A stretch of DNA of 63,468 bases, counting the filler, from Candidatus Fermentibacterota bacterium (GTDB lineage: Bacteria; JAFGKV01): the NCBI GenBank assembly GCA_016928395.1. It is 11 parts of 11 records of this genome, joined end to end, with 100 filler letters (N's around TTAATTAATTAA, not from the genome) between each part and the next. Parts side by side here need not be neighbours in the genome. Positions count along the whole stretch, not along the records: positions 52,477 to 56,458 come from JAFGKV010000335.1; positions 56,559 to 59,877 come from JAFGKV010000336.1; positions 59,978 to 63,468 come from JAFGKV010000337.1; 8 more parts are not named here. The stretch is one strand, 5' to 3'. Both the position numbers and the translations under genes were made by a program. Shown one piece after another: positions 53,463-63,468 of the stretch; within the stretch, counting starts at the first letter, position 1, and every line of letters begins with the position of its first letter. A model generated the notes under the pieces. The model made no database searches. It was not told the origin of the DNA and saw only the letters and a program-made list of their open reading frames with translations.

Positions 53463-53479
53463 CCTTTCCATGATATTGG

Positions 53480-53507
53480 CCGGGGCGGGAGGCGCCTCCC
53501 GCCCCGG
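53480..53507 (+). terminator. GC hairpin after the lipoprotein gene
   Basis: CCGGGGCGGGAGG-CG-CCTCCCGCCCCGG. Confidence 0.55.
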
Positions 53508-53594
53508 GCGATCTACGAAGAACCCTTTCCCTGGTGCCTTGCGGGCCTTTCATTCGCTGGCATCCATGCACGACCCTTCCGATAGAGGTGACCC

Positions 53595-56458
53595 ATGCGT
53601 GCCGACGCCCTGCGCGAGGCATTTCGCCAGCGAGTGCTTCTTTCCGATGGCTCCACGGGCGTCGCCCTGGAGAATCTCCTGGATGAACGCGGCGAGGAGG
53701 GGTTCCCTGACGGCTGTCCGGATGGGATGGTGCTCTCCCGGCCCCGGCTGGTGAAGACCCTCCACGAACGGTATTTGGCTGCAGGCGCCGATATCATCCT
53801 GACCAATACGTTTGGCGCATGCCCCCTGACTTTGGCGCAGTTCAACCTGGCCGATCGGGCCGAGGAGCTCAACGTTGACGCCGCGATCTTGGCCCGCAGG
53901 GCGGTGGAGGGGCATGGCAAGGGCTGGGTGCTGGGTTCGCTGGGGCCAGGGTCACTCGTGCCCAGCCTGGGGCAGTCTTCGTTCAAGGAGCTGCGTCAGG
54001 CCTACCTCATCCAGGCGCGGGGGCTGCTGGCCGGCGGCGTGGATGGTTTCGTGGTGGAGACCTGCCAGGATCCTCTCCAGGCCAAGGCTGCCGTGTCCGC
54101 CGTCCGCGAATTTGCTCCCAATCCCCAAAATGGCCCTTTGGTGGTGGTGTCGATCACTCTGACTGACGGGGGCACCATGCTGCTGGGCACCACGGTGGAG
54201 GCAGCTATGGCGACCCTGCTGCCTTTCAAGCCCGACATGCTTGGCCTCAATTGTGGTCTTGGTCCTCAGGAACTTGCACCGTCCGTGGCGGCCATGGCAG
54301 CGCTGTCGCCGGTGCCTTTGTGGCTGAAGCCCAATGCCGGGTTGCCGGTGAGGAAGGGCACCCGTGCTGTATTTCCCTTGGAGCCGCAGGAGTTTGCCGC
54401 CCATGTCGCCGCGCTGGTCGTGCGCTACCCCATCGCCGTCGCCGGCGGTTGCTGCGGGACTACCCCTGCCCATGTGAGCGCCATGGCCTCCCGCCTTGAG
54501 AACCACCAGCCCGTACGGCCCGGCGGTCGATGGGAACCCTCGTTGAGCAGCCTTTACCATCGAGTCACCCATCGCCAAGAGGATTCCGTGCTCATCGTAG
54601 GAGAGCGCAGCAATGTCAATGGGTCGCGAAGTTTCAGAAGGCTCATCCAAGACGGCGATACCGAGGCAGCGGTGGCCGCCACGCTCGCCCAGGCAGAGCA
54701 GGGGGCCCACGCCGTGGACATCTGCGTAGACCTCATCGGTGAAGACCCGACGCAGCGGCTGTGCGATCTGACGGTGGCCCTTCGAACGCGGAGCGAAATG
54801 CCCTTGGTGCTCGATTCGGCGACGCCTCAGGCTCTAGTCGTGGCAGCCCAGGAGCTGCCGGGACGCGGGATCCTGAACTCCGTATCATTCGCCGCGGGTG
54901 ATGCTGATGTTCGCCTGGTTGCCCAAGCCTGCCGCGAGACGGGCTGCGTCATGGTCGTGCTGGCCATCGATGAAGAGGGCCAGGCAGTCCGGAGAGACCA
55001 CAAGGTGCGTATTGCTCGGCGAGCCAACCGAATGCGGTGCGCCATGGGATTGCCTGAGGGCGCGCTCTTCTTTGATCCGCTGGTACTGCCCATTGGCAGC
55101 GGCCAGCCGGACCTTGAGCGGGCGGCCGCCGAGACCTTGGAAGCCTTGGCGCAACTTCGGGATGAGATGCCGTGGCTACCCACCATCGCGGGAATATCCA
55201 ATGTGTCGCACGGGCTGAGTGATGGAGCGCGGCGCGTGCTGAACACGGTCATGCTCCGGCTAGCGGAAGCCCGCGGCCTTGGCGCCGCGATCGTTCATGC
55301 GGGGCAGATCCAGCCATTGCACCTGATCCCCACCGCGACCCGTCGCCTCGCAGCGGAGCTGCTTCTCGGTGGCGCAATCCGCGAGCGAATGGTCGCATTT
55401 CTGGAGGAATTCACCGATACGGAGCTGGAGCAGGATAGAGCCCAGGCAGAGCCGGTCGATACGCTGGATGCGCTCACCAGGGCCGTTGTCCGGGGTGATC
55501 GCTCCGAACTGCAGCATCTCATCGACGAGGGACTTCTGGCTCATTCCGCCCGGACACTGTTGGAGGACGGGCTTCTTAGGGGCATGAAGAGAGTCGGCGA
55601 GTTGTTCAAGTCTGGCGAGCTGCAATTGCCCTTTGTCCTGGGATCGGCTGAGGTAGTGCGCGAGGGTTCGCGCCTTCTCAGCTCCCATCTCCCTTCTTCC
55701 GATGTGGTGAATCGGGGCACGGTGGTATTGGCAACCGTCGAGGGCGATGTGCATGACATCGGCAAGAACCTGGTGGGCATCATCCTCGCCAACAGCGGGT
55801 TCGAGGTCGTGGACTTGGGGATTCGAGTGCCGGTTGCGATCGCCTTTCGCGAGACGGTAGAACGCGGCGCCCTGGCCCTGGGCCTGTCGGGGCTGCTCAT
55901 CCAGTCTGTTCAGATCATGGTGCAGGGCTTGGAGCATGTAGCGGCTTTGGGTGCGCCGTTTCCGCCTGTCATGGTTGGCGGCGCGGCGCTGACCGAATCG
56001 TACGCCGCGAGGGAATTGGCGCCGAGGTATCCCGGTCTTCTTCTGTATGGGAAGGATGCACTACAGGGTTTGGAGATCGTGCAGAGTCTGGCAGACGGGC
56101 TCATCCCGCCTGGTCCCCAAGACCAGGGGCCTGTGGCGCCCACGGCACGAAGGTCCCCACGATCCCCGGTGACTCCACCGCGGCCCCCATTCATCGGTTC
56201 TAGGGTTTACAACAGAATCCCCCTTGGCGAACTGTGGCCCTTTCTAAACCAACACGGTTTGATCAGGCGATTCTGGCGAATTCGCGATGAGGACCAGGGA
56301 ATGCAGTACTTGGCCACTCTGGTGCCCGAGATGGAGGAATTGAACCTGTCGGGCGCTGCAGTCTGGGGCTACTGGGAGGCCAGACCCCAGGGCCGGGAGT
56401 CACTGCTCATCGCCGACAGGACGCGCGATGTGGAGCATGTGATTCCCGTGGGTAGGGA
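53595..56458 (+). CDS. metH: Cobalamin-dependent methionine synthase (3'-partial)
   Basis: Hcy domain (LNCG, GGCCGT), pterin domain (GERSN), B12 domain (GDVHDIGKNLV). Confidence 0.92.
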
Positions 56459-56558
56459 NNNNNNNNNNNNNNNNNNNNNNNNNNNNNNNNNNNNNNNNNN
56501 NNTTAATTAATTAANNNNNNNNNNNNNNNNNNNNNNNNNNNNNNNNNNNNNNNNNNNN

Positions 56559-56641
56559 GGCAGGGCGGCCACGGTGCGCTCGAGGGTCGAGGCGACGTCC
56601 TTGCCGGGCATGGTGACTGCGATCCGGGCTCCGTCGAGCAT
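56559..56641 (-). CDS. Glycosyltransferase family 2 N-terminus (partial)
   Basis: MLDGARIAVTMPGKDVASTLERTVAALP. Confidence 0.55.
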
Positions 56642-56883
56642 GATGGGCTCTCCTCGTGGGCGAGGGTTGAAAGCGGGCTGCATCATACATCAGGTTGCCA
56701 GACGGACTCAATGCGCACACTTCCAATGACTCATCACTCTGTGGAGTCGCACATCATGCCGTGCCAGTTCGACATCCATGGAGTCAGCGGGTCCTCCATC
56801 GCCGGCCCCAGGATTGGAGTACACTCGCGGAGGGAGAGCGGGGCTCTTATACAAGGATGAGCGATCGGGATCTCAGTGCAGGA

Positions 56884-57951
56884 TCAGGCACCGTCGAATA
56901 AGTCGCCCTGTGAATCGTCACCGAGATCGATTGTCTCACAGCGGAACCTCGAGATCGCGTCGACGACACTTTCCTGGTTTTCTGCGTCTCCGACTGCGAC
57001 GGCCCAGCCCTCACCATCCTTGAATGAAACCGCACCAGGAACGAATTCTCCAACTGCGTCACGGAGCGATGCGAAGAACTTGTTGTACTGCCGCTTGACG
57101 TGCTTCTTCGACGATCTGTTCTCCCACAAGCGGTACACCCCGAACATCGCATCGTTCAGGACTTCATCCGACTTGAAGACCGTCCTCGTGCGTATCCTGC
57201 TGCGACCCACCGCGACAAGGACGATGCCGTGCATTCGCTCGAACAACACCCTGCGGCAGTACAGCATCTCCTGGTTGGATTGTTCCTCACCAGGGAGATA
57301 CGGGAGAAAGTACAGAGGACGGGGATCGTTCTCCCCGTCCACGACAATGAAGGAGCTCCGTTCGGCCAGTCCAAGGAACGCCTGCGCCTGCGTGCTGACC
57401 CGGAGATCTAGCGACGCCGAGCCGACTTCGATGCCGAATGCACTGCTCGGCCCGGTGCCTATCCCTGCGCCCTCAAGCTCTTCGGTCAAAGAGGTGAGAG
57501 TGTCGCACAAGGCCTCACGATGCTCCTCTGGCAGACAGTAGCAGACCATCGAGCCGGAGATCTGAGACGGGTCGAGGGCGAGGATGTCTGCGGCCCTCGG
57601 ACCAGCGCATATCAGCAGACCACGAGCCTGGTTGCTGGTGCTCGACTCGGCTCCGAATGAGCTCGCCTTGCATTCGATGTAGAGGAACTTGCGCTCGGCC
57701 TTGGAGTGCAGGACGAGCTCTGGGCACACGCCTTGCTGGATGGATACTCCCGCCTCGTCGGCCTGCAGCCGTACTTCAGGGGGAATCGGGAGAAGTGGCT
57801 CAACAGCGTATATCGCGAATCCGGCGTCGTGAAAGATCGGGGTGATGCTCTTCATTTCGCGACATGGCTGCGCCAGCCATATCATGGCGTTGAGCTGAAA
57901 CACCGGATCCCGGATCATCTCATGCGGCGTCAGCACCGTATGGTACTCCAC
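56884..57951 (-). CDS. Hypothetical protein with PD-(D/E)xK-like nuclease motif
   Basis: VCPELVL...LYIECKASSFG; start overlaps the end of the upstream gene. Confidence 0.65.
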   Translation of the reverse strand: MEYHTVLTPHEMIRDPVFQLNAMIWLAQPCREMKSITPIFHDAGFAIYAVEPLLPIPPEVRLQADEAGVSIQQGVCPELVLHSKAERKFLYIECKASSFGAESSTSNQARGLLICAGPRAADILALDPSQISGSMVCYCLPEEHREALCDTLTSLTEELEGAGIGTGPSSAFGIEVGSASLDLRVSTQAQAFLGLAERSSFIVVDGENDPRPLYFLPYLPGEEQSNQEMLYCRRVLFERMHGIVLVAVGRSRIRTRTVFKSDEVLNDAMFGVYRLWENRSSKKHVKRQYNKFFASLRDAVGEFVPGAVSFKDGEGWAVAVGDAENQESVVDAISRFRCETIDLGDDSQGDLFDGA

Positions 57952-59233
57952 TCACCGACTCCACGACGAGCGCCTTGTATTCCATGTCGCCGACGAAAGC
58001 CTTGGCCGCGGGATCCAGGAACCTCTGGATGTTCGTCACCAGGCGGTGCACCGTGTTCCCACAGGTTCCGTTCGGTATGATTGCCGTGCAGCCTCTCCGA
58101 GTGAGTTCGAGGAAGAGCGGTTGCCACAGATGGCGGTCCACGCCGTACACATGCACCTTTGACGGGCCCAGCCGGATCGGATGCCCCCATAGCCTGAACT
58201 TGTTGATCTTCCGGTTGAAGGTCATCGCCACCCAGTGGTCGAACACGTCGACGGGAAGATCCTCCTGGAATCTGATGACGACTGGCGCGCCAACGATGCG
58301 CTGGAACGTCCCAGGTACGACAACCGACTCGGTGATCGAGTACCAGGCCTTCTGCTCTGTGGCCACCAGAAGCTGCTGGTACACGCGGACCACGTACAGC
58401 ACATGCAACCTGTGATCTCGGAAGTTCTGGCTGCGGTTGGTCACTTTACCGTTGTCGTAGAAATCGTGACCACCGCGGCCAACGGGCGATGGGAATCGAA
58501 GCTGGCTGATTGCGTAGAACGGCGCGTATGTCTGCTGGAGGCGCTCCAGCCTGCTGTCGATCTCGCAGACGCGATCGACGAGCTTGAAGCTCGTTGACCG
58601 GCGATCGCGGATCGGCTGCTGCTCCTCCTCGACGGGCGCCTCCGGCTCGTCCTCGTCGTCCTCCTCGTCCCCGGTCTCAGCGCCGTCCTCCTCGTCACGT
58701 GAGTAGGGCTTGTCGATGGTGAAGTAGCTGTCATGGGTGAACGCAAGCTGCGAGAACCGCTCTGGCCTTGTGAGGCGCACGACCTGGCCCCACAAGACCT
58801 CGAAGGTCGTCCCGCTCAGCCAGACGTGGTCGATCTCTGGGCTGCGGTTCACCAGGTTGCGCACCCACGGACCGAGGCTCTTGGACTCCTCCATGCTGTA
58901 TAGGGCAACCAGCCTAGGGCTGAGCTGTTCGATGAATCCAATCTCCCCGAGATTGCGGTCAACAGCAAGGTAGAGGGAGTCGTCGATCTGCTCGGTCTTC
59001 ACGCCCCGGTGAGTGAACACGTCACCGATGGTCTGCGTGCTGAGGTCGTTGCCGCCGCCCAGAACTTCCAGGAGGTGTGTCTTGACCAGGGGGCGACTGA
59101 GCTTCCGGAGATCGAGCTCCTCCATCCGGCTTGCTGACTCGCCGTCGAAGAAGCGCACCATGTCGCTTCGGGTCTTGATCTGCCGGAGTTCTTTCCTCTC
59201 CACGATCCTGTCACCCCTGATCCTGTCTATCAC
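57920..59233 (-). CDS. Hypothetical protein with internal acidic tract
   Basis: 437-aa ORF, GTG start; motif-like FYDNGKVT and CGNTVHRLVTNIQ. Confidence 0.7.
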   Translation of the reverse strand: MIDRIRGDRIVERKELRQIKTRSDMVRFFDGESASRMEELDLRKLSRPLVKTHLLEVLGGGNDLSTQTIGDVFTHRGVKTEQIDDSLYLAVDRNLGEIGFIEQLSPRLVALYSMEESKSLGPWVRNLVNRSPEIDHVWLSGTTFEVLWGQVVRLTRPERFSQLAFTHDSYFTIDKPYSRDEEDGAETGDEEDDEDEPEAPVEEEQQPIRDRRSTSFKLVDRVCEIDSRLERLQQTYAPFYAISQLRFPSPVGRGGHDFYDNGKVTNRSQNFRDHRLHVLYVVRVYQQLLVATEQKAWYSITESVVVPGTFQRIVGAPVVIRFQEDLPVDVFDHWVAMTFNRKINKFRLWGHPIRLGPSKVHVYGVDRHLWQPLFLELTRRGCTAIIPNGTCGNTVHRLVTNIQRFLDPAAKAFVGDMEYKALVVESVSGVPYGADAA

Positions 59234-59488
59234 CTCGCGGGCGTATCTTCAATGCTCGGTGGAATGGCCCGCGATGACCTCTGTACCAATACTACCACTC
59301 GAGCCCGACGCTGAAAATTGAGCAGAGATATCAGAAGCATATCCACTGGCTGGGTCTACCCTGCGCCGCGCACGCCGTTCGAGTGACCCGGCATCGAATT
59401 CGATAAAAGTGGCCATCCCTTGCGCGAATTCCGGCTCCAGGTCTATACTCCGCCTATCGCCGGAACACAACTTACCGTGAGGTCTCCC

Positions 59489-59877
59489 ATGCTCAAGCGC
59501 CGTTTGCACGAGTCTCCGCCTTCGCTGCATCCCCTGTCCCGCCCGACCAGCACCAGGCTCTCGTGGGCGGCGGCCCTTTTCCCCATGCTGCTGGCCGCCT
59601 GCGGAGACAGCTCCGAGAGCTCCTGCCCGGACGGCCTCACCCTCTGTGGTGGTGAATGCGTCAACCTGCTGACCGACAACCGTTTCTGCAGCGCGGACGG
59701 CAGCTGCGGCACAGCCTGCGCTTCGGGCCAGCTCTGCAACGGCTCGGGCCTGTGTGTACTGGTCTGCCCATCCGGCCACACCATCTGCAACGGCCGGTGC
59801 GTCGACACCGACCTGGACCCCGACAACTGCGGCGGCTGCGCCGACAGCCCCGCTCCCGGCGATCACGTCTGCGCCGA
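59489..59877 (+). CDS. Cys-rich repeat lipoprotein of the myxobacterial type (3'-partial)
   Basis: LAAC lipobox; CPDGLTLCGGECV...DPDNCGGC repeats. Confidence 0.75.
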
Positions 59878-60068
59878 NNNNNNNNNNNNNNNNNNNNNNN
59901 NNNNNNNNNNNNNNNNNNNNNTTAATTAATTAANNNNNNNNNNNNNNNNNNNNNNNNNNNNNNNNNNNNNNNNNNNNCGACGAGCCGATACGCGCGGGTG
60001 AACCCCACCCAGGATTGCCACGGCCCTCCTCCGTCGGGCCTCGCGATGATTGACGGATTCCCAGTCAA

Positions 60069-61010
60069 CTAGCCCCTGAGCGACGCGATAACGGCTTCCT
60101 GCTCGCCCAGTGCCCGGTGCGCCTCCTCCAGACTCACCGCCCGGAACGCCACCGTGTCTTCCGGCTGCGCCTGGGCTATCTTCGGCAGGTCGGTGGAAAT
60201 GACGGTGGCTATCTTGGTGTAGCCGCCGGTGGTGCCGCAGTCCGCCAGCAGGACTATGGGCTTCCCGGACCCGGGCACCTGTACCGCGCCACGGGATGTG
60301 CCGTCGGAGACTATGTCCGCGCCCTTCTTGTGCTGGATGACCGGCCCGTCGAGCCTATAGCCCATGCGGTCGAACATGGGGGTGACGGTGAACGTGGACG
60401 CAAGGAATGTGTCTATGCCTGCGGCTGTGAACGCGTCGTCCTGCGGTCCCATCGTCACGTGCAGGGTATGGTGGCGGTTGTAGCGCGGGATGTCCTGGGA
60501 TGCCAGGCTTCTTTCTGCGGGCTGGAGGGTATCGCTGTCCGGGTCGGCCACAGGGACCATGTCTCCCGTAGTCAGAGCACGGCCGTGGAAGCCGCCTATC
60601 TGGGACCGGGTGAATGTGGAGCGACTGCCCATCACTATCGGGACATCTATGCCGCCACGGACGCATACGTATGATCTGATTCCGTCTTTCGGCCCTTTGA
60701 AAGACAGCGTGCTACCCTCCGGCACGGACACCGTCGTCCACCCGGGGATGCGCTGTCCATCCAGAACGGGGCTGAGGTCGCCGCCCGTGATGGCTATGGT
60801 GGCGCTGAAGTGGAACTTCAGCGTGGGCCCCATGAAGGTGGTCTCCACTCCCGCGTCGCCCTCCTCGTTGCCGACCAGCAGGTTGCCAACCCTGAGGGCG
60901 AACTGGTCCAGCGCCCCCGAAACAGGCACGCCGTAGCGCTGGTACCCGTACCTGCCCATGTCCTGTACGGTGCTGAAGGCGCCGCCCTTGATGACCTCGA
61001 TTGTCCTCAT
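60069..61010 (-). CDS. pxpC: 5-oxoprolinase subunit C
   Basis: TVQDMGRYG, GALD, DRMGYRL, GAVQVP, TTGGY. Confidence 0.9.
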   Translation of the reverse strand: MRTIEVIKGGAFSTVQDMGRYGYQRYGVPVSGALDQFALRVGNLLVGNEEGDAGVETTFMGPTLKFHFSATIAITGGDLSPVLDGQRIPGWTTVSVPEGSTLSFKGPKDGIRSYVCVRGGIDVPIVMGSRSTFTRSQIGGFHGRALTTGDMVPVADPDSDTLQPAERSLASQDIPRYNRHHTLHVTMGPQDDAFTAAGIDTFLASTFTVTPMFDRMGYRLDGPVIQHKKGADIVSDGTSRGAVQVPGSGKPIVLLADCGTTGGYTKIATVISTDLPKIAQAQPEDTVAFRAVSLEEAHRALGEQEAVIASLRG

Positions 61011-61744
61011 CGGGCCCCACCCATCTGACGTGTGACCAGCGAATAGGTACCGGCCCGTATCCTGGACTGAACGTCGGCGTACTCCGACTCGTCCACTTGA
61101 ACGAACCGCAGGTAGTCCCCCGGCTCGATCTCGACCGGAGGCTCCCGGCCCGGGTCGAACAGACCGATGGGAGTGCGGCCTATGATCCTCCAGCCGCCGG
61201 GGCTCTCCACCGGGTATATCCCGGTCTGTCGCTCTGCAATGGCGACCGAGCCAGTGGGTATGGAAGCTCGCGGAGTCACGAGTCTGGGAGTGGCTATCCT
61301 CTCCGACATGCCTCCCAGGTACGGAAAGCCCGGAAGGAACCCCATCATGTAGACCAAGTAGTCCGCGCCCGAGTGTATTTCAATCACTTCCGCTTCGGAG
61401 ACGCCGTTGTGCTCGGCCACGTCGCCGATGTCCGGCCCGTATTCGCCCCCGTAGAGAGCGGGTATCTCCACCAGCTTGGGGGCGACGGTCTCCCCGTCTC
61501 CGAGTGATCCCTCCATCTCCCCGAGGCGAGACGTCAGGTCGGCATAGGAGATGCTTCGGGGGTCGTAGTAGACCATCAGCGACCTGTACGTGGGTACCAC
61601 ATCCAGAACACCCCGGACTCCGAGCCGGCCAATCTCGCGCGAGAGGCCATGTACCCGTCGGTTGGTGACTACTGAGATGGAGTCGCCCAACTCTATGGAG
61701 AGTGCCCTATCGCCTACTGGCAGGAACCTGGGATACTGGCTCAT
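61007..61744 (-). CDS. pxpB: 5-oxoprolinase subunit B
   Basis: GDRAL, VPTYRSL, GFLPGFPYLG, SPGGW.IIGRT. Confidence 0.92.
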   Translation of the reverse strand: MSQYPRFLPVGDRALSIELGDSISVVTNRRVHGLSREIGRLGVRGVLDVVPTYRSLMVYYDPRSISYADLTSRLGEMEGSLGDGETVAPKLVEIPALYGGEYGPDIGDVAEHNGVSEAEVIEIHSGADYLVYMMGFLPGFPYLGGMSERIATPRLVTPRASIPTGSVAIAERQTGIYPVESPGGWRIIGRTPIGLFDPGREPPVEIEPGDYLRFVQVDESEYADVQSRIRAGTYSLVTRQMGGAR

Positions 61745-61750
61745 AGTTGT

Positions 61751-62521
61751 CTATCCCGACACGATTTGGCCCAGGGGTACTATCTGGACGCCTGCGGCTT
61801 CCAGCGCCGAGCGTACTGATGAGGCAAGGTATATGGAGTTGGGCGTGTCGCCATGAAGGCAAAGCGTGTCCGCAGACAGGGCTATCTCTTCGCCCGTGAC
61901 GGCAGTCACCTTCCCTTCCGTGACCATTTTGATGCTCCTCTGCGCCACCTCATCCACGTCCTCGATCACCGAGCCGGGTTTGGAGCGCGGCACCAGTGTG
62001 CCGTCCGCATTCACAGCCCTGTCGGCGAAAGCCTCCCTCGCAACCCTGAGTCCCATATCTTGGGCCATGTTGACCCATTGAGTGCCTGTCAGAGCTACGA
62101 GGATAATTTCGGGGTCTACTTCAAGGATGGCCTCGCATATTGCCCGGGCCAGCACTTCGTCCCGGACGGCCATGTTGTACATGGCGCCGTGCGGCTTGAC
62201 GTGCTGGAGCTTCTTCGCGCTCGTGAAGGCGGCCAAAGCCCCTATCTGGTAGACGATGTCGTTCTTCGCATCGCCGGGGGCCACCGCCATGTTCCGCCTG
62301 CCGAAGCCCGGCAGGTCCGGGAAGCTGGGGTGAGCGCCTATGGCTACGCTATGTTCTTCTGCCAGCTTCACGGTAAGGCGCATCCAACTGGGGTCGCCCG
62401 CGTGGAACCCGCACGCGATATTGGCGGAGGTGATGTACTTGATGATCTCCTCGTCCTGGCCCAGCTTGTAGGCACCAAAGCTCTCGCCCATGTCACAGTT
62501 GAAATCGATTCGTGCGGTCAT
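61751..62521 (-). CDS. pxpA: 5-oxoprolinase subunit A (LamB/YcsF)
   Basis: DFNCDMGESFG, ACGFHAGD, HVKPHGAMYN, CLHGDT. Confidence 0.94.
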   Translation of the reverse strand: MTARIDFNCDMGESFGAYKLGQDEEIIKYITSANIACGFHAGDPSWMRLTVKLAEEHSVAIGAHPSFPDLPGFGRRNMAVAPGDAKNDIVYQIGALAAFTSAKKLQHVKPHGAMYNMAVRDEVLARAICEAILEVDPEIILVALTGTQWVNMAQDMGLRVAREAFADRAVNADGTLVPRSKPGSVIEDVDEVAQRSIKMVTEGKVTAVTGEEIALSADTLCLHGDTPNSIYLASSVRSALEAAGVQIVPLGQIVSG

Positions 62522-63108
62522 GAATGCTCCACCTCACAGTCGCTGCAACACTTCGATGCTCGCTGCATCGGGTCAGACAAGTGGGGGCAGCGTGCAGCAC
62601 AATTGTAGCCGGGCATCTTGTGTTCATCAACCGGAAAGGGGAGTTCACGGGTGGCTCTCTTTTCGTTGGGTCAGGGCTGACTCAGTGTTGAGTGGTGGGT
62701 AGTCCGCTCGTGCTACGAGAGCCTCCGCATGGCGGCACGTGGTGGAGGGTAGGTCTGTGCTGATCGGAATCATCAGGTATCAAGGTGAGTCCTTCGTTCC
62801 ACATGCGGTTGCAAGGATGGCAGAATGTCCGTCCGGGCGACGTCCTCTGGCAATACCCTTGAATATGTGGCCTATGAGGTGGTGAATCCTGTTCCTGCGG
62901 TCACCAATGCGCTCCGGGTTGCTTGCAATCAACGACATCGTGGCAGTATCATTCGAGGCTGGGAACGCGGCACGATTCGTTCAATCATCAGCAGGTTGAG
63001 CCAGGCGTGCTTGTGTTGTGCCTCTCTCGATAGGGATTGTCCGGATCGGCCGCAGTACCTGTGAAGCGAACAAGTGACGTGGGCGTTGCTGCGAAAAGGA
63101 GGATAAGG

Positions 63109-63468
63109 GTGACTCAGTCAGTGCTGACCAGGGAAGAACTTGTCAAGGAGTATGAGCGAACGCATCCACGATCTCTCGAACTGCACCGAAAAGCCGCACG
63201 GTTGTTTGGCGCAGACGGTGCCACTCATGTTGCGAGAGTCATGGATCCCTTCCGCCCTTACGTCACCCACGCTCTCGGGAGCAAGAAGTGGGATGTTGAC
63301 GGTCATGAGTACATCGACTTCGTGATGGGACACGGGGCGCTCATACTGGGCCACGGGCACCCCAAGATTGTGAAGGCTTGCCAGGAACAGGTCGCGAAAG
63401 GGGTCCACTACGGTGAGAACCACGAACTGGAAGTTCGCTGGGTGGAACTCATTCAGCAGATGATGCCC
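63109..63468 (+). CDS. Class III aminotransferase (glutamate-1-semialdehyde aminomutase-like), 3'-partial
   Basis: GSKKWDVDGHEYIDFVMGHGALILGH; GTG start after AGGAGG. Confidence 0.85.
   Translation, partial: MTQSVLTREELVKEYERTHPRSLELHRKAARLFGADGATHVARVMDPFRPYVTHALGSKKWDVDGHEYIDFVMGHGALILGHGHPKIVKACQEQVAKGVHYGENHELEVRWVELIQQMMP

Noticed and set aside
62825-63064. 79-aa ORF with PVPAVTNAL resembling a molybdo-hydroxylase C-terminus
   Set aside because: Too short and weak to support.

Overview
The window is 11 short, GC-rich contigs joined by 100-bp artificial spacers (N-runs around TTAATTAATTAA), so adjacency across spacers means nothing. It looks like a metagenome-assembled genome. Most contigs fit an anaerobic FCB-group-like bacterium: many secreted proteins with C-terminal FlgD/T9SS-like sorting domains, rmuC, OsmC, a porin, a B12 radical SAM enzyme, Fpg/Nei, PutP, a MetH, a corrinoid/homocysteine methyltransferase/non-Pyl MttB operon, a papain-like protease and a cyclophilin-FG-GAP fusion. 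There are also IS3, IS481-like and IS1634 fragments, a degenerate HicBA, a decayed VgrG with an unusual PAAR protein, and pxpABC. The most notable items are: (1) a recurring palindrome CACTATTC-N8-GAATAGTG, embedded in repeated 'tandem-repeat mosaic > promoter > palindrome > gene' modules and found at gene breakpoints; (2) an uncharacterised two-gene operon with a PD-(D/E)xK-like motif, a candidate defence system; (3) a PAAR protein whose cargo is inserted inside the PAAR domain. All family calls come from motif recognition by eye, not database searches.
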